Virus record (IMG/VR): IMGVR_UViG_3300017978_000048
Span: 1 to 54,448 of that record
Origin: a virus
Taxonomy: Duplodnaviria > Caudoviricetes
Length of the DNA stretch: 54,448 nucleotides
Direction: 5' to 3' (one strand)
Under the pieces are notes generated by a model. The model was not told where the DNA came from. It saw only the letters and a list, made by a program, of their open reading frames with translations, and made no database searches. Below, piece by piece: positions 1-9,289 of this stretch. Position 1 is the first letter of the stretch. Each line of letters begins with the position of its first letter. The position numbers and the translations under genes were made by a program.

Positions 1-1
1 C

Positions 2-442
2 GGAGGAGTCGGGAACTTCATTGCGACTGGCACTGTCGTGGAGCAAGACGAAACCGTTAGGGATAACGCACTGACCATCAGCAGTCGCAGTAATAAGTTT
101 TGGAATTTCTTTAACAATTGATTCACCTTTTTCTTTAACAACTTCAACGTTTGTTATGTATTTCGTAACAACCTTAACAGTAGCATCGGAAGAAGCAGCG
201 TCTTTTTTAGCCATTTCTAGCTTTACTTCTGCAACTCTTGCTTCCCATTTCTCTTGATTGGAGACTCCACCTTCCATGTATACACCGAACACTAGAAGTA
301 TAACTGAAGCAACCTGAATAGGCAACTTATAATTGCTTATAAAAGGGATAAATTTAATGATCCCTGAAGCTAGAATTCCACCGATGCCGACTAAGACTAT
401 CAGGTGGAATATCCAAAATGGTAAAAAGTCAAGCATCCACAT
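2..442 (-). CDS. Rz-like inner-membrane spanin (3' truncated by window edge)
   Basis: Manual translation from ATG at 442 (overlaps the upstream stop): MWMLDFLPFWIFHLIVLVGIGG...VILLVFGVYMEGG...KWEARVAEVKLE...GQCVIPNGFVLLHDSA. N-terminal TM segments, coiled coil, and a C-x-x-P-x-G-F-V-x-L-H-D motif typical of Rz/LysB spanins. Not in the ORF track because it runs off the edge. Confidence 0.7.
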   Translation of the reverse strand, partial: MWMLDFLPFWIFHLIVLVGIGGILASGIIKFIPFISNYKLPIQVASVILLVFGVYMEGGVSNQEKWEARVAEVKLEMAKKDAASSDATVKVVTKYITNVEVVKEKGESIVKEIPKLITATADGQCVIPNGFVLLHDSASRNEVPDSS

Positions 443-999
443 TATGGTTTAACCTCGGGGATGTTAAGAGCTGGACGACGCAACGCAGTACCTTGGTACT
501 TCTTGATGTCCTTCTTTTTCACAACTGGTTCTTGCACGGAAGCTCCAGCTGTATTGTTTACAGGTGCACCGCCGACAGCTAGACCGCCAGCGCCACCTTC
601 GCCCTCTTCAGCCATAAACTTATTGACTAGGATTTCTTCTTCGGCTAGTACAATGTTCATCTCAAGTAGTTCATTGAAACGAACCTCGATACCTTGAGTG
701 GATTTGGAACCAGAAGCATAGGCTTCACGAACAGTCCAAAGTGCAGGTGATAGAGCTTTTGTTAGGGAGTAGTCGCCACGGGATTGTGTTTTCTCGATGG
801 CGTGTTTAAGGATGATAACCAAACGGTCTAGGTAAGTATAAGCCTTGCGCTCAGCCTCAGACTTCAGTTGGTATGTTTTACGAAGAACATTACCCTTATC
901 GTCGATGATACCTAAGTGATATGCTGGCATGTTCTTGTAGTCGGTAGCCAACATACGAAGTACACGCAGAGCAAAGGTATTGTCTAATAAGCGGTTCAT
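442..999 (-). CDS. Conserved T4-like phage hypothetical protein (probable virion protein)
   Basis: 185 aa, coupled to its neighbours; AYHLGIIDDKGNVLRK motif and an acidic/Gly-rich C-terminal tail. Confidence 0.6.
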   Translation of the reverse strand: MNRLLDNTFALRVLRMLATDYKNMPAYHLGIIDDKGNVLRKTYQLKSEAERKAYTYLDRLVIILKHAIEKTQSRGDYSLTKALSPALWTVREAYASGSKSTQGIEVRFNELLEMNIVLAEEEILVNKFMAEEGEGGAGGLAVGGAPVNNTAGASVQEPVVKKKDIKKYQGTALRRPALNIPEVKP

Positions 1000-1373
1000 A
1001 TTTTCCTTAATACAGAAATAATAGTTTCATCTAATTTTATGTCAGAGAGTATGATGTTAAATTCAGGTAAAGTCTCAGGCATATGTCCAAGGTAAAGTAA
1101 GAACGTTACCAACACATCCCAGTTATCTCGATCAATCTTAAAGAACAACATACGAGTTGCCGAAGGACCAAAGATATTATACAGAATAATAATATGATTT
1201 AGGATTAAACGATCGCGGAGTTCTCCGTCTTTCTTATATCGAGTAATGAGTTTCTTTAGATATAGAAATTTCTTAAGATCCTCGTCAAACTCTTCAAGGC
1301 TATGACACTGCGGGTTATCGTAGTGGTGCATGGCATACAGCAGAAAATTACTATCGTTCAACTTTTCAATCAC
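996..1373 (-). CDS. Conserved T4-like (cyanophage-type) hypothetical protein
   Basis: LNDSNFLLYAMHHYDNPQC...LILNHIIILYNIFG pattern, recognised as widespread in cyanophage-like T4 genomes. Confidence 0.65.
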   Translation of the reverse strand: MIEKLNDSNFLLYAMHHYDNPQCHSLEEFDEDLKKFLYLKKLITRYKKDGELRDRLILNHIIILYNIFGPSATRMLFFKIDRDNWDVLVTFLLYLGHMPETLPEFNIILSDIKLDETIISVLRKI

Positions 1374-1388
1374 AATACTCTCTCACAT

Positions 1389-1416
1389 AAAACAAATGGG
1401 AGCGAACTCCCATTTG
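1389..1416 (-). terminator. Rho-independent terminator / UUCG hairpin
   Basis: CAAATGGGAG-TTCG-CTCCCATTTG followed by TTTT on the minus strand. Confidence 0.65.
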
Positions 1417-1428
1417 GTACATACTTAT

Positions 1429-1995
1429 TTAGCTAACGAATGTTAGAGTGGCAACGTCTGAAGTAACTTCAGAAGCACCACCTGCAGATGTAACTTTAAC
1501 ACGGTATTGATCGCCGCTGTTGGCTTCAGTTTGTTCAGCTAGAACCAAAGAAGCAGAAGTTGCATCAACAACGTTCACGTAACGTGAAGAACCTAGAACC
1601 TTAACTTGCCATTGGTATGCTAGAGCACCACCGCCAGCAGACACAGTAGCTGCTACAGTGAAAGTAGCTGCGCCAGTATCAGTGTCTTGATCAGCAGGTT
1701 GAGTACCGATAGTGATAGTGTAAGTAGCGTCAGATGCCTTAGTATCATCAGCACGGTCACCAGCGGCTACGGCAGTTTCAGCCATGGCTACTAGACATTC
1801 GTTCTTGTAGCGAGTATTACCGTGTTGGTCAGTGTATGTGTTATACAACCACCAGCCACCGTGTGTCAAACCACGCTTCTTGTTTGTTTCTTGTTGCGCT
1901 TCAGTTTGGTCGACGAAAATACACTTAGCCAAGTCAGCTTCGTTTAGGTATTTTGGACGAGATGCATCAGCGTCAGTTTTTGCCCATAGTGACAT
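1429..1995 (-). CDS. Virion (head decoration-like) protein with C-terminal Ig-like domain
   Basis: MSLWAKTD N-terminus; C-terminal I-set-like pattern TQPADQ...ATFTVAA...YQWQ...GDQYRVKVT...TSDVATLT. Confidence 0.65.
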   Translation of the reverse strand: MSLWAKTDADASRPKYLNEADLAKCIFVDQTEAQQETNKKRGLTHGGWWLYNTYTDQHGNTRYKNECLVAMAETAVAAGDRADDTKASDATYTITIGTQPADQDTDTGAATFTVAATVSAGGGALAYQWQVKVLGSSRYVNVVDATSASLVLAEQTEANSGDQYRVKVTSAGGASEVTSDVATLTFVS

Positions 1996-2009
1996 GTTAA
2001 TCTCCTTGA

Positions 2010-2783
2010 TTATTTTGAGTTAGGAAGGCTTAGAGTGTGAGTAGCAACTCCACCGTAAGATTTGCCAGTAGTAACTTTCTGGTTTGCACCAGACTTAGAA
2101 CCAGCTGGACGACCGCGACCACGCTTCACTGCAGGTTCTGCAGCTTTCTTTGGCTTGTCTTCATCGTCATCACCGTCATCGGCGCTGTAACCACCAGCAT
2201 AAGTTCCCTTATGACGATATACACCATCCTTTGAATTATATTCATTTAGTTGCTCAACGAACTGAGCGTATGTTTTAGACATAGTAGTCTCCTCTTGTGT
2301 TAAATCAATTTCTTCTTTAGTAACTTTTTTCATCCCTTGTCGTGCCAAATCGCGAACACGTGACATAGGAGTATGCTTAGCACCAGACTTATCCACCACA
2401 GTGCTAGGATTTTTAGTATATGGTCCATCGAACGGGATTTCTTCGACGCCAGTGTGTTTGTCAAGTTTGACTTTACTAAGAGAAGTCTTTACCATAGTCT
2501 CAGCTAATTGCTTAGCTAGGGCTGTGGAAGTTTCTTCTTTCTTAAGGTCATTGTTAACAACTGGAGCTGTACCGTTGACAAACTTGATAGGGCTTTTGTT
2601 ACCCTTGGTGTCATTATCATCGCCGTCAGCAGGAGCTTCACGATTACCGTACTTATCGTTGTTGAAGTTCTGACGAGATACAACCGATGAAGTCTTGCGA
2701 GATTTACCAGACTTTGGGTCGAAGATGATGCGCTCTTTACGATCAGCGGATACCGTGTCTTCTTGTTGTAGTTCTTTATCCAT
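2010..2783 (-). CDS. Low-complexity internal-head-like protein with AT-hook motif
   Basis: Charged and likely disordered; KRGRGRP AT-hook; in-frame internal start at 2282 (GAGGAG RBS, MSKTYAQFVEQLNE). Confidence 0.55.
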   Translation of the reverse strand: MDKELQQEDTVSADRKERIIFDPKSGKSRKTSSVVSRQNFNNDKYGNREAPADGDDNDTKGNKSPIKFVNGTAPVVNNDLKKEETSTALAKQLAETMVKTSLSKVKLDKHTGVEEIPFDGPYTKNPSTVVDKSGAKHTPMSRVRDLARQGMKKVTKEEIDLTQEETTMSKTYAQFVEQLNEYNSKDGVYRHKGTYAGGYSADDGDDDEDKPKKAAEPAVKRGRGRPAGSKSGANQKVTTGKSYGGVATHTLSLPNSK

Positions 2784-2784
2784 G

Positions 2785-3225
2785 TTATCCCTTTAGATGA
2801 GAGCGGAGCATCCAACCGTGCTTAGCGTGTACGTCTAAACGTGCAGCGGCAAAATCAGCCAGTCCTTGTTTATTAGCAGCAGTTGCTACTTCGAATAATT
2901 TATTTAGGCTATTTACAACTTCGCCGTTAGCTGTTAATAAGTTCTGAAACATATCAACGGCAGTTTCTGGTTTAGCTTCGTCTTCTTCGATAGTAGCTGA
3001 CTTCAGAAGAGCCATGATACTTACTGGAGCATATTCGTCCTGAGCACGTAGTTCTTCTGCAGCTGTGTCAACTACACCGTAGAGCTCTTCGTATAGGTCG
3101 CCGAAGAAGCCATGATGTTGAGCGAAGTTAATACCTTCCACGTTCCAGTGGTAAGAGTGAGCCTTGAAATACATAACGAATGTATTAGCAAGGACGATAT
3201 TTAATGTTGCGTTGGTTTCGTTCAT
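2785..3225 (-). CDS. dps: Dps-family ferritin-like DNA protection protein
   Basis: AHSYHWNVEG, HGFFGDLYE, DTAAE and H.KH.WML motifs of Dps; start placed at the TAATG overlap at 3225. Confidence 0.9.
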   Translation of the reverse strand: MNETNATLNIVLANTFVMYFKAHSYHWNVEGINFAQHHGFFGDLYEELYGVVDTAAEELRAQDEYAPVSIMALLKSATIEEDEAKPETAVDMFQNLLTANGEVVNSLNKLFEVATAANKQGLADFAAARLDVHAKHGWMLRSHLKG

Positions 3226-3608
3226 TAGCAGTTCCACTTTCTAAGAGCCAGCGCTTTACGAGTTGGACGACCTTTATCATCTTTCATTGGACCAGCGGCA
3301 CCAGACATTCTAGCGCAGAAAGACTTGCGGCGATTAGCAGCTTTGCTACCAGCCTTTAGTTTAGATGGTGGAGTTGTAACTGGAGCTTTAAGGTGGCTAC
3401 CGTGTTCACGGTTGTACGCATCGCGACCTTTTTGTGTTAGTCCACCAGTTGCTGACTTATGACCTTTAGCGTCAGCAGTCGCACCTTCATCCAATTCAGT
3501 TTCTTCTTTTACACAAGAGCCTTCGGCGCAGGGTTTAGTTCCAGGCTTACGCTTGTAACCTTTCCAGCAGTCACAAGACTCACTTAGGTATTCTAGGAAT
3601 GATAGCAT
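3225..3608 (-). CDS. Small basic Cys-containing protein, conserved in T4-like phages; capsid-targeting-like N-terminus
   Basis: MLSFLEYLSE N-terminus; CWKGYKRK and RRKSFCARM...ALRKWNC motifs. Confidence 0.6.
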   Translation of the reverse strand: MLSFLEYLSESCDCWKGYKRKPGTKPCAEGSCVKEETELDEGATADAKGHKSATGGLTQKGRDAYNREHGSHLKAPVTTPPSKLKAGSKAANRRKSFCARMSGAAGPMKDDKGRPTRKALALRKWNC

Positions 3609-3615
3609 ACAGCCC

Positions 3616-5910
3616 TTACTTAGTAAATTTGTTATGAGACAAACGCTTCTTCTCAGTTTGGCGAACTTTCGTTACCATACGAGCAGACAAACGATCAACC
3701 ACTTTACGGTGTTGAGCGATGTAACGTTCCATGTTTTCTTTCTGCCCCACGGAAGCCTTAGATGGGTTCACACCCTTCATTAGACGCTTCTTCAATAGAG
3801 ATACAGACAAACGACGGGCGCGACGGTTAGCCACTGGAGTTGAAGAGAAGTGACGTAGAGCAACCTTCTCAGCACGTTCACGTTTAGACTTAGTACGGCG
3901 CATACGAGCTTTAGCCTTTACACGTTCCATACGAGAAAGAACTTCCATCAAAGCTGGAGTATCATACTCGGCTTCTTCAGCTACGGCTTCTAGTTCTTCG
4001 CCAGTTTCTTCATCGACGATAGCCAATTCAGAATCTTCATAGGCTTCTAGAATGTCTTCGTCAGTTAGGGATTCGATCAAAGCGTCAAACTCAGACTCGT
4101 TGATTTCTTCGAAGTCAAACTCCAATTGTTCTTCTTCAGTACCTTCTTTGACTGGCTTCTTTTCGTCTTTCCAACCTTCAACAGTTTCAATCTCCACTGC
4201 TTTAGGGTGAGTCTTAACAACGGCAGTTTTAACTTTGCCTGGCTTGTCTTCTTTTTCTAGACCAGCGTAAGCAGCTTCAGTAACTGGATCTAGTTTAGCG
4301 CCAGCTGCTTGATCCTTGAAACGCTTTAGTTGAGCAGCACGAGTACCTTGTTGTTCTTCAGTTTCTTCTTTGAAGTGAGCGATAGCAGTTGCCTTCTTAC
4401 CTTTAGCAGTAAGAGTCTTAGCGGCAGCGTGGGCTTGGTGACCATTAGAGAATTTCTTCCATGGCTTACCGTCAATGTGAACAGTGTGCGGACGATCCAT
4501 GTCAGACTTAGCCTTGAACTTTGGTTTTGGTTCGTTATGATACTCGTCGTCTTCACGAGGCTTCTTAGCGAAACCAGTGCGGTTATCGTCGTAGCCGTTA
4601 CCTTCGAGGACAGTTTCTTCTTTGACTGGCTTCTTCAAAAGTTCTTCACCAGCTTTACGTTCAGCGGCAATTCGTTCTTGCTCTCGTTGGAATGCTTTTT
4701 GTAGCTTGGCAGCGGCACTAGCTTCACCCAAATGGTGTTTAATCTTTTGGTGACGAAGACCGTGTTTGCCGTCAGATGCTAGGTGTGTATCGCCGATGAT
4801 ACCGTTCTCAACTGGAGTTTGTTCACCAGCATCAGTAACTGGCTTAGCGCCCATCTTTAGAGTCTTACGGAAATCGCCGAGGCTCATCAAAGACTTAGGG
4901 ATAGCATACTTCTTATCTTCGTTTTGAGTCTTCATATTAGTACGGGCTGTATCCATTTCGCGGGTTTGACGTTCTTTAACATCTTCGATTTGTTTAGCTT
5001 GCTTGGCTTTTAACTCAGCGACCTTACGTTGGTTTTCAGCAGTCTTAGCGCCAGCGCCAACTGTTAAACCAGCCTTTTGATCATCTTCATTAAGAAGGTT
5101 TTCTTGTGACATATATTCTCTTTCCGTTAGTTGGACGTCTTGCACCCATTTACTTACTTTTGAACCAGTTTCATCTTGAAGTAGTAGGTGGTTAGAACCA
5201 CGCTTGATAATCTTATATACAGTATTATCAGACTCTACGATTTCACCCTCTAGAAAAATCTCTCCACGAAAATACTGTTCGCGGATTGTATCCTTGACGA
5301 GGTTAATTTGTTCTTTGATAGGCTCCAAACCCATACCGATACGAATGTCGTTCATGAGACGTTTACCGTCGATATCACGAACTGTCGTAGGTAAGCCACG
5401 CTTGAATTGGAAGTAATCACCCTTGGATGCCAGTGAACGCATTTTTGTTCCAGACATTCCAGAGGCGTCATCCGCATCAGGGTCACGAGAACCTGCGGAT
5501 ACTACTTCAATTGTATCAAACTTGTACGCTTTACCGTTGTACTGTTTAAGGATCTTTTCAAACTCATGTACACGGTCAGAACCAGCTACCATGACAAGGT
5601 TTCTGTAACGCTTGTTCAGGCTTACCGCTGCTTCTAGGAATGTACGAATATCCTTGTTTGCTGGAGCGAAACGAGTGTTCGGAAACAGCAGCTCAAGGTA
5701 TTGAACTTTTTTACTTACTTCTAATGGATTCTTTTTAGCGTCTTGTGTAGCCGATGCGAAGACTACGTGGTCAGCCTTGCGCTGACTCGCTAGTTTACGA
5801 ACCACCTTGATTAGTAACTCATGACCGAGGGTCGGTGGGTTAAAACGACCGAATGCGAAAACAACGGTCTTGGTGGGTAGCTCGTTTACGAGTTCTTTAT
5901 AGTTCTTCAT
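3616..5910 (-). CDS. HIGH-superfamily nucleotidyltransferase (cytidyltransferase-like) fused to a long multi-module C-terminal region
   Basis: FAFGRFNPPTLGHE, KKNPL, VAGSDR and MSGTKMR motifs in the first ~190 aa, then charged modules separated by (L/V/I)xE sites. Confidence 0.8.
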   Translation of the reverse strand: MKNYKELVNELPTKTVVFAFGRFNPPTLGHELLIKVVRKLASQRKADHVVFASATQDAKKNPLEVSKKVQYLELLFPNTRFAPANKDIRTFLEAAVSLNKRYRNLVMVAGSDRVHEFEKILKQYNGKAYKFDTIEVVSAGSRDPDADDASGMSGTKMRSLASKGDYFQFKRGLPTTVRDIDGKRLMNDIRIGMGLEPIKEQINLVKDTIREQYFRGEIFLEGEIVESDNTVYKIIKRGSNHLLLQDETGSKVSKWVQDVQLTEREYMSQENLLNEDDQKAGLTVGAGAKTAENQRKVAELKAKQAKQIEDVKERQTREMDTARTNMKTQNEDKKYAIPKSLMSLGDFRKTLKMGAKPVTDAGEQTPVENGIIGDTHLASDGKHGLRHQKIKHHLGEASAAAKLQKAFQREQERIAAERKAGEELLKKPVKEETVLEGNGYDDNRTGFAKKPREDDEYHNEPKPKFKAKSDMDRPHTVHIDGKPWKKFSNGHQAHAAAKTLTAKGKKATAIAHFKEETEEQQGTRAAQLKRFKDQAAGAKLDPVTEAAYAGLEKEDKPGKVKTAVVKTHPKAVEIETVEGWKDEKKPVKEGTEEEQLEFDFEEINESEFDALIESLTDEDILEAYEDSELAIVDEETGEELEAVAEEAEYDTPALMEVLSRMERVKAKARMRRTKSKRERAEKVALRHFSSTPVANRRARRLSVSLLKKRLMKGVNPSKASVGQKENMERYIAQHRKVVDRLSARMVTKVRQTEKKRLSHNKFTK

Positions 5911-5939
5911 TTAATCCATTAGTAAAGTAATATCAGTAG

Positions 5940-5947
5940 TATTTAGC
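5940..5947 (-). promoter_or_regulatory. Late-promoter variant GCTAAATA
   Basis: NNTAAATA box 30 nt upstream of the 5910 start; the same variant occurs at 1426-1433 and 44891-44898. Confidence 0.5.
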
Positions 5948-5951
5948 GTTC

Positions 5952-7511
5952 TTACAAGTTCACCTGACTGACGGCTAAAGTAGCTGACGGAGTGGATGGA
6001 CAGAAAGCCGTTGATGCTGGTGCTTGTAAACGAATGTTGGTACTATCGACAGCCCACATCAACTCAAACGTATCGTCAATTAGCATGGATACCTGATAGT
6101 TCCAAGAAGGAACCAGTAATGTACCGCTACCAGAAATAGAAGTTTTACGGGCAGATAGTGGAACGTCTACGCCATTATGTCTGATCCAAATCCACACATT
6201 AGAAGCCGAAGCGTTGGAAGATTCTAGCTGCAGAGAGAACTTGAAGTTATACAAACCAGCGTTCAACGCTTTAATCGCTCCACCACCGTTGATTGTGGTA
6301 AATCCAGAAGTGATAATGTTGGTATTGAACGTGATAGTCTTAGGTGTGTTAATCGCAGTTTGAGTCTGAGTTTGGTCACTGGCGAAACTGGCGAAGTATA
6401 AACGAGGGAAGATTGTAGGGCGAACTAAAATCCAACCAGCAGTCGCATCAACGTGTAGAACAGCAGCCACTGAAATAATAACGTTCGGTGCAGTGGGTCT
6501 GACCTTTGTCATCTTACCAGCCATCGTTGGGTGAGCCCAAAGCATATCACCCTGAGCCCAAACTTCACCGACGTCAGAACCCGTGGTGTTTAAGTTTCTA
6601 ACTTTACCAAATACCGTGGCACGTCCATACTCTTCGCTTGCAATATCATTAGTTAGAATACCCATCATGTACAATGGGATAGCATCAGAGTTTGCCGTAA
6701 AAGGTGCTGCAGCTGGTTTAGGGTTTGTACTTCCATCTACAACACCAGAGAATTGAACTAGAGTACCGTTCGGTAGAAGTGAACCAGTATCATTATGAAC
6801 CTGAATGTAGTGTTCATAACCAGTCTGTAGAGTTGAACCATCTAAGTGCTTGATATCAAGACAGTCTTCAACTGGGTTCCAAGCAATCTGTCCTGGCAAC
6901 AAATCGTCTAGTGGACCATCTCGGTTGAACTCAATAGTACGGATTGGACCAATCTCGTCAGTGAACTGAACCTTCTTAGTAGCAACGTCATACTCAAGAA
7001 CCCAGTTACCGTTTGATGGAGTCATCGTTAGACGATTAACGTCATCTAGGTATCGGAAGTTTACTTCACCAGATCCTGGACCAGCGTTTTGTACTTTACT
7101 TAACCAGTGCTCAAGGAACTTGATCTTATCGTTCACTTGACGCATCTCGTTAGTTATCGGAGCGACTTCTTGTTTAGCGACGGAGCTTGGTTTAAGGTAT
7201 TTACCCAACGCTTCCATATCAGTCAGCTGAGCTTCTGGTGGAACATTACCAATTGGCGTAGGTAAGACCACTTCACTTATAGCTTGTTTGATTTCTTCTT
7301 GTATCTCTGGTAGTTCTTCTACAGGTACAGGCTCACCAGAGACTAGTCGTTCCTGAGGTGAACGTACAGTTTCCAGTTGTTGAAACAACCCAGACAAGTC
7401 AGCCTTAACGTTAGCCTTAACTTGTTCTTCGATAACCTTCGCTCTACCAGAAGGTGTATTCTTCTTAGCTTCAGCTACAAGTTTTAGGAAGTCGTTAAAT
7501 TGATTATTCAT
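5952..7511 (-). CDS. Fibre-like structural protein with C-terminal C1q/TNF (BclA-like) beta domain
   Basis: N-terminal helical region, GSGEVNFRYLDDV linker, beta-rich middle, C-terminal FASDQTQ...AGLYNFKFSLQL...W.R.NGVDV pattern. Confidence 0.55.
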   Translation of the reverse strand: MNNQFNDFLKLVAEAKKNTPSGRAKVIEEQVKANVKADLSGLFQQLETVRSPQERLVSGEPVPVEELPEIQEEIKQAISEVVLPTPIGNVPPEAQLTDMEALGKYLKPSSVAKQEVAPITNEMRQVNDKIKFLEHWLSKVQNAGPGSGEVNFRYLDDVNRLTMTPSNGNWVLEYDVATKKVQFTDEIGPIRTIEFNRDGPLDDLLPGQIAWNPVEDCLDIKHLDGSTLQTGYEHYIQVHNDTGSLLPNGTLVQFSGVVDGSTNPKPAAAPFTANSDAIPLYMMGILTNDIASEEYGRATVFGKVRNLNTTGSDVGEVWAQGDMLWAHPTMAGKMTKVRPTAPNVIISVAAVLHVDATAGWILVRPTIFPRLYFASFASDQTQTQTAINTPKTITFNTNIITSGFTTINGGGAIKALNAGLYNFKFSLQLESSNASASNVWIWIRHNGVDVPLSARKTSISGSGTLLVPSWNYQVSMLIDDTFELMWAVDSTNIRLQAPASTAFCPSTPSATLAVSQVNL

Positions 7512-9288
7512 GGGCGTTCATTGATTTGCGCAGGTCATTATAAAGAGCCGTGCGGTGTAGAGGTTTCATCTTTGACGGTAGAGCTGCGTGGAAGTCTTTT
7601 TGCTTACCCGCTGCAGCGAATTCGCGCATCTTAGTTCCAGAAACTCCAGACACACCTTCAGCGTCAGGGTCACGTTCACCAGAAGAGTGGACAGTGATAG
7701 ACTTGAATTTGTATTTACCGTGCTTGTGTTCTTGACCGTCATTGTACTTATTAAGAAGTTTCTCATACTCTTCAGTACGATCAGAACCAGCTACAACGTG
7801 CAAGTGTTTAACACCCTTTGAATACATATCAGCAGCGTGGTGCATGATAGTAGGTTTATCTTTAGAAGCACCCACGATGTTAGTTCCTGGGAAAGCGTTC
7901 TTAGCGTGCTTAACCTTAGTGTCAACATCCAATGGGTTCTTTTTAGCGTCTTGACTATGCGACAGAACAACCGAGTGTTCAGCGTTATTCTTCTTGGCTA
8001 CTTCGTGAACCTTATTGATAACTTGTTCGTGTCCAGCAGTCGGTGGATTCATACGACCGAAAGCTAACACGCCGTGTTTCTCATCGGGTTCTTTAGCTGG
8101 ACCACGAGCCTTCAATAAGTTTTGACGGGCGAACTCAGCACGGTTCACTAGCTTAGTTGGCTCAGTGACACCTTTGTGAGTGTGGTTGTAAACGAAACCT
8201 TCAGGCTTAGAAGCTTCACCGCCGATGGCGTGTTCGTAAGAACCTTCGTTGGACTCCAAAGACTTAACCAATTCGTTCTTAGCGTTAGCCAAGTGACCGT
8301 GCATCTTTAGAAGGTTATCGTAATGACCTTGGTGCTTCTTGATATTGTCTAGATGACCTTTTAGTTCATCCAGTTTAGCGTTCTGAGCTTTCTCAGTCTT
8401 CAGCTTACCCACAATCTTCTCATACTTACCAGCGATGTGAGTCTTCAAACCTTCAGCGGTAGGTGAGCTACCATCACGAACTGTTTGGTTGATATATGTG
8501 GCTAGATGTCCACCATCGCCGTGGTGCATAGATGTAGCTTTGTACATCTTGTCTTTGTTTTGCTCGTGGACAGTTTTGGCTTTAGATAGCTCATCCAAAA
8601 CTCGCTTTTGAGACTCAGCGGAGTAGTGAGCGCCTTTAGCGTCATAGTCAGCTGTGTGGTGAAATACGTCAGGGTGTTGACCAAAGTCAGAAGCATCAAC
8701 GTTATGATGAGCTGACATATTTGATAGGTTAGTACCTTCATATTTGGTATGAACGACTACACCTATCTTAGACTTCTTGATAGCTTCAGCCTTTTCACCC
8801 TTGGCTGTATATGTGATAGTGTTAGGTGTAAACGAAACCTTATCATCTTTCTTCTTCAAGTCGTCATGAGTATACATCAAGTCGCCTTGATACACGCCTT
8901 CCTTCGGAGCAACTTTAGGAAAGTGCTTCAATGCAGACTTCAGCTTATCAGCTAGTCCTGGAGCGTGACCGTGGTTCTTGTCGACGTCTTCGGGAGAATA
9001 GTTAATCTTTGGGTTCTTATTGAACGCTGACTTGGACGCCACGAAGAACTTACCATTCTCTGGGTGGTGACCGAACACAACAGAAGGCGAACCATCGTAC
9101 TTCATGGTCAACTTATTGTTTTGTTGACCTTGCTTAGTATGATAGTGAGCTCCATGTAGAGCGTCATATGCATGAGAGAAACCTTCAGCTCCATGGAGTA
9201 AAGGTCGATCTTCAGCGTGATGAATATGCTTTAGCTTAGCACCTTCTTCGGTCGCATCTTCGAATAGGTAATTTAGGAAGTTGATCAT
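7504..9288 (-). CDS. Fusion of a ligase-like covalent nucleotidyltransferase domain and a HIGH-family nucleotidyltransferase
   Basis: N-terminal KYDG (motif I), YQGDLM, EGFV, KLV; C-terminal FGRMNPPTAGHE, VAGSDR, VSGTKMR; CTS-like start MINFLNYLFE. Confidence 0.7.
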   Translation of the reverse strand: MINFLNYLFEDATEEGAKLKHIHHAEDRPLLHGAEGFSHAYDALHGAHYHTKQGQQNNKLTMKYDGSPSVVFGHHPENGKFFVASKSAFNKNPKINYSPEDVDKNHGHAPGLADKLKSALKHFPKVAPKEGVYQGDLMYTHDDLKKKDDKVSFTPNTITYTAKGEKAEAIKKSKIGVVVHTKYEGTNLSNMSAHHNVDASDFGQHPDVFHHTADYDAKGAHYSAESQKRVLDELSKAKTVHEQNKDKMYKATSMHHGDGGHLATYINQTVRDGSSPTAEGLKTHIAGKYEKIVGKLKTEKAQNAKLDELKGHLDNIKKHQGHYDNLLKMHGHLANAKNELVKSLESNEGSYEHAIGGEASKPEGFVYNHTHKGVTEPTKLVNRAEFARQNLLKARGPAKEPDEKHGVLAFGRMNPPTAGHEQVINKVHEVAKKNNAEHSVVLSHSQDAKKNPLDVDTKVKHAKNAFPGTNIVGASKDKPTIMHHAADMYSKGVKHLHVVAGSDRTEEYEKLLNKYNDGQEHKHGKYKFKSITVHSSGERDPDAEGVSGVSGTKMREFAAAGKQKDFHAALPSKMKPLHRTALYNDLRKSMNAHE

Positions 9289-9289
9289 A

